NCBI GenBank assembly: GCA_046350815.1
Contig: JAXLZO010000001.1
Span: forward strand, 1,110,001 to 1,142,000
Length of the DNA: 32,000 bases
From: Candidatus Saccharimonadota bacterium
GTDB lineage: Bacteria; Patescibacteriota; Gracilibacteria; BD1-5; UBA2023
Reading direction: 5' to 3'
In this document: positions 29,584 through 32,000 of the stretch, piece by piece
How positions within the stretch are numbered: the first letter of the stretch is position 1
Layout of the letters: the number at the start of each line of letters is the position of its first letter
Program-made: the position numbers and the translations under genes
Notes under the pieces: generated by a model
Told to the model about the DNA's origin: nothing
Databases searched by the model: none
Seen by the model: the letters and a program-made list of their open reading frames with translations, nothing else

Positions 29584-29653
29584 AAAACTTCTCAATAGGA
29601 ATTTTTTGAGTATATTCAAATCTGTTCATTATAGTATGAAGGTCGAAAGAAAG

Positions 29654-29684
29654 AAAAATCCTTAGATCAAATCTAAGGATTTTT
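29654..29684. terminator. Bidirectional rho-independent terminator
   Basis: AAAAATCCTTAGAT-CAA-ATCTAAGGATTTTT lies between the lipoprotein gene (+) and the PKD protein gene (-). Confidence 0.65.
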
Positions 29685-29701
29685 GGAGCATTTCCTTCAT
29701 C

Positions 29702-32000
29702 TTATTCTATCTTCACATTCGTACTTGCTGTTGCGGTAGTACCATCGACATATCGCACACGAAGCAGGATATTATATTCACCCGCTTTATTATAGGAATG
29801 ACTTGGTGATTCTTCTTGAGAAGAAATGTCATCACCAAACTCCCAATAGTAACTTGCAATATTATTTGATACTGTATTAAGGCTAAAATCAATACTCTGA
29901 TCAGGTTGAGCGCTGGAAAGTGACCGAGAAATAGAAAGAGTTTTTGGTGGGGTATTCACGATAACAGTTCGCTTAATACTTGCCTTAGTACCATCATCTT
30001 TCACAATAGTGAGCACCACTGAGTACTCGCCTGGGCGATCATAGATATACGTTTGAACTGCTTTCGACTCATCAACAGGTGGTTTATTTTCGCCAAAATC
30101 AAAGAGATATTTTGCTATACGACCAGATCGAACATTCGAGGCAGATGCATCAACAGTAAGAGTCACGGGGGCAAAATCACTCGAAACATGGAGCTCCATT
30201 ATAGGATTCATCGCTTGAGCACTACTCTCAATAATAATTTTTTGAACTACGGCATCTTTATCTCATCGATTCGTCTCAATAAGATACTTGAAATAAATAT
30301 TGTACTTTGCTGATTGTGGAATCAAAAATTCTCAACTGATACCATTTGTAACACGTTGATCATCAAAATAAACCTCAACATCTTTGAGAGTAACACTCTC
30401 ACCCGGAAGACCATCGATACGAACTTCTTCAGCATTGTAGCTCAATCTCGTACCCGCAGTAATACCTCGAATAACCGATGCGCCAAGCTCACGATTATAA
30501 TTAAACGGGAGAAGATTCGGTTGAATAGATCCATCATCTGAGGCACGTCTAAGATCAAGCAAGCTTTGTGAATTATTTCCAGACCTAAGTACACGTGGTT
30601 GTTTTATATTGAGAGCTTGTGTGAGAGTCACACTTTCATTGTTTCCATCTACCATACGAAGACCGATTTCATAATCACCATATTGATTGAATGTATAAGT
30701 AAACTCTTTTCCATTTCATTTTTTCACACCATCAATGAGCCATTCATAGGTTTGAATTTCACCTCATTTTTTCGTCTTTGGATCTTGTACTTTTAAATCA
30801 TAAGCAAGTCAACCTTTCTCAGATGGCTGGATAACAAGTTCTCATGTGATAGGAGCACGATCTTTCCCGGGGATTACAATGAATTTATTACACGGTGCAC
30901 TATAGAAAGCTCCTCCAGCAAAAGGGTACTTATTATTTACCTTTACAGCAAGACATACACCATAATCAGTATTCTCGATAGGTGCAGTAAACTTTGCACC
31001 ATCACCTACCTTTTTGCCATCACGATACCATTCAATATCTCCTTGAGGCAAGAGAGTATCAGCATTGAGACTTATAACATTTTGTTTTGATTCGAGAGTT
31101 ACCACTTTGTTCATAGTAAAAGCTGGAAGAACCATCTCAATACGAATCGTCTTTTTGGTTACTCGATCAATTCCTTCATAAAATCCAGTTGGTCTATAGG
31201 TAATATCAGGCCTTGTATACGTAGCAATCAAAGTATCGTCGGTGCGTGGATCTTTTCAGGTTTTTCGACTCTTTTGATCATTATTATCAAAATTGATTTC
31301 AAAACTCGTTATATTCATTACCTGAGAGACTTTCTTTGCATTTGCTTTAATATCATAACGTATCGTCACAGGACCTATGAGAGTGAGGTCTGTGTTGATC
31401 ATGGCTGATCGGTTATTTGGAAGCTTTCGGTTGATAGAATCAAGATATTTATCATTATCATAGAGTATAATGCCACCATTCGGATTAGCAAAGTCTACAT
31501 CGCCGATTTGACGAAAGAGTGCAGCCCACGCAGCTACTACACCAAAAAGGAGAATAAACACGATCATCGTACCAACACCATAGAGAAGTTTTTGTTTCTT
31601 TTGCTCAGGATTCTTAAACGAAAGAAATTTATAGAGACAAATAATCGCAATGATCGACAATGTCAATGTCGTAATCGAAAATGTTGCAGAAATCAACTGT
31701 TTCAATACTTGAGCAATATTCTCAGGATCAATACCGAGAGAATTGAAGAATCAAGCATCTTCTGGATGAAACACAACATAACCAAGTACTACCGAGGCAA
31801 AAATCGTGATGGAAAGAGTGAGAAATGCAAGTGCGCGAAAAGCATCAGCAGGACTCAGAGATTTTTTTGGCTTCTTTGGTGGCATGCTGCCACCGGTAGC
31901 CCCTATAGCATTCGTTGCTCCAGGATTTGTTCCACCTTCAGGTGTCGCCTCAACAGCTGCTTTTTGTGAGTCAGAAAGCGATGCTTGAACAAGGTCAGCA
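29702..32000 (-). CDS. Large membrane-anchored surface protein with tandem PKD/Ig-like domains (at least 766 aa; the frame is still open at the window edge, with an internal candidate start at ATG 31885)
   Basis: Four track fragments share one frame, and the gaps contain only TGA. The N-terminal region has three hydrophobic helices: AFLTLSITIFASVVLGYVV, ISATFSITTLTLSIIAIICLY and YGVGTMIVFILLFGVVAAWAALF. PKD consensus segments are YEWLIDGVKKGNGKEFTYTFNQYGDYEIGLRMVDG, YLFDFGENKP...YIYDRPGEYSVVLTIVKDDG and YWEFGDDISSQEESPSHSYNKAGEYNILLRVRYVDG. TAA stop at 29702. Confidence 0.85.

Noticed and set aside
1-32000. Considered translation table 4 (TGA=Trp, Mycoplasma/Spiroplasma-like) as the explanation for the fragmented ORFs.
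   Set aside because: Every TGA I could place in a conserved motif falls on a Gly (DIAGLV, KTG, DRxGRR, LPGIG, GLGGH, KGS, KRGRG). TGG is used normally for Trp.
1-32000. Scan for tRNA, rRNA and CRISPR arrays.
   Set aside because: I saw no T-arm or acceptor-like GGTTCGAxTCC contexts, no rRNA-like conserved blocks and no regularly spaced direct repeats. A visual scan cannot exclude divergent small RNAs.

Overview
AT-rich bacterial chromosomal segment in which TGA is a sense codon. In-frame TGAs fall on invariant glycines of well-known motifs: YchF DIAGLV, the PBP KTG box, MFS DRxGRR, RecR LPGIG, RsmH DATLGLGGH and the IS1595 transposase KRGRG..PVFG. This is translation table 25 (UGA=Gly), as described for Gracilibacteria/BD1-5 and Absconditabacteria/SR1 of the Candidate Phyla Radiation. 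The supplied standard-code ORF track is therefore fragmented, so I re-joined fragments by hand, treating only TAA/TAG as stops. The result is a dense gene map. It starts with a NUDIX hydrolase and a decaying LysE-family exporter whose 3' end is hit by a complete 781-bp IS1595-family element. Next come a small His-rich ORF, yidC, a DUF212/PAP2-like gene and greA, then an unexplained ~0.5-kb spacer with a GC-rich hairpin core. A single 4230-nt (1409-codon) orphan ORF follows, carrying 21 in-frame TGAs. After it lie an MFS transporter, a DUF177-like gene, an IS200/IS605-type tnpA and ychF. A co-directional cell-envelope block contains murF, a CE4 deacetylase, a 1171-aa class A PBP and an LCP protein. 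The rest comprises rsmH with an ftsL-like gene, a YedZ-like heme membrane protein, recR, two hypothetical genes (one a GC-rich compositional outlier with a palindromic operator), a secreted CAP-domain protein with a DUF3592-like membrane protein, pcrA/uvrD, a lipoprotein and a large PKD-domain surface protein that runs off the window. I found no rRNA, tRNA or CRISPR array. All coordinates and translations were derived by hand and need confirmation by table-25 gene calling.
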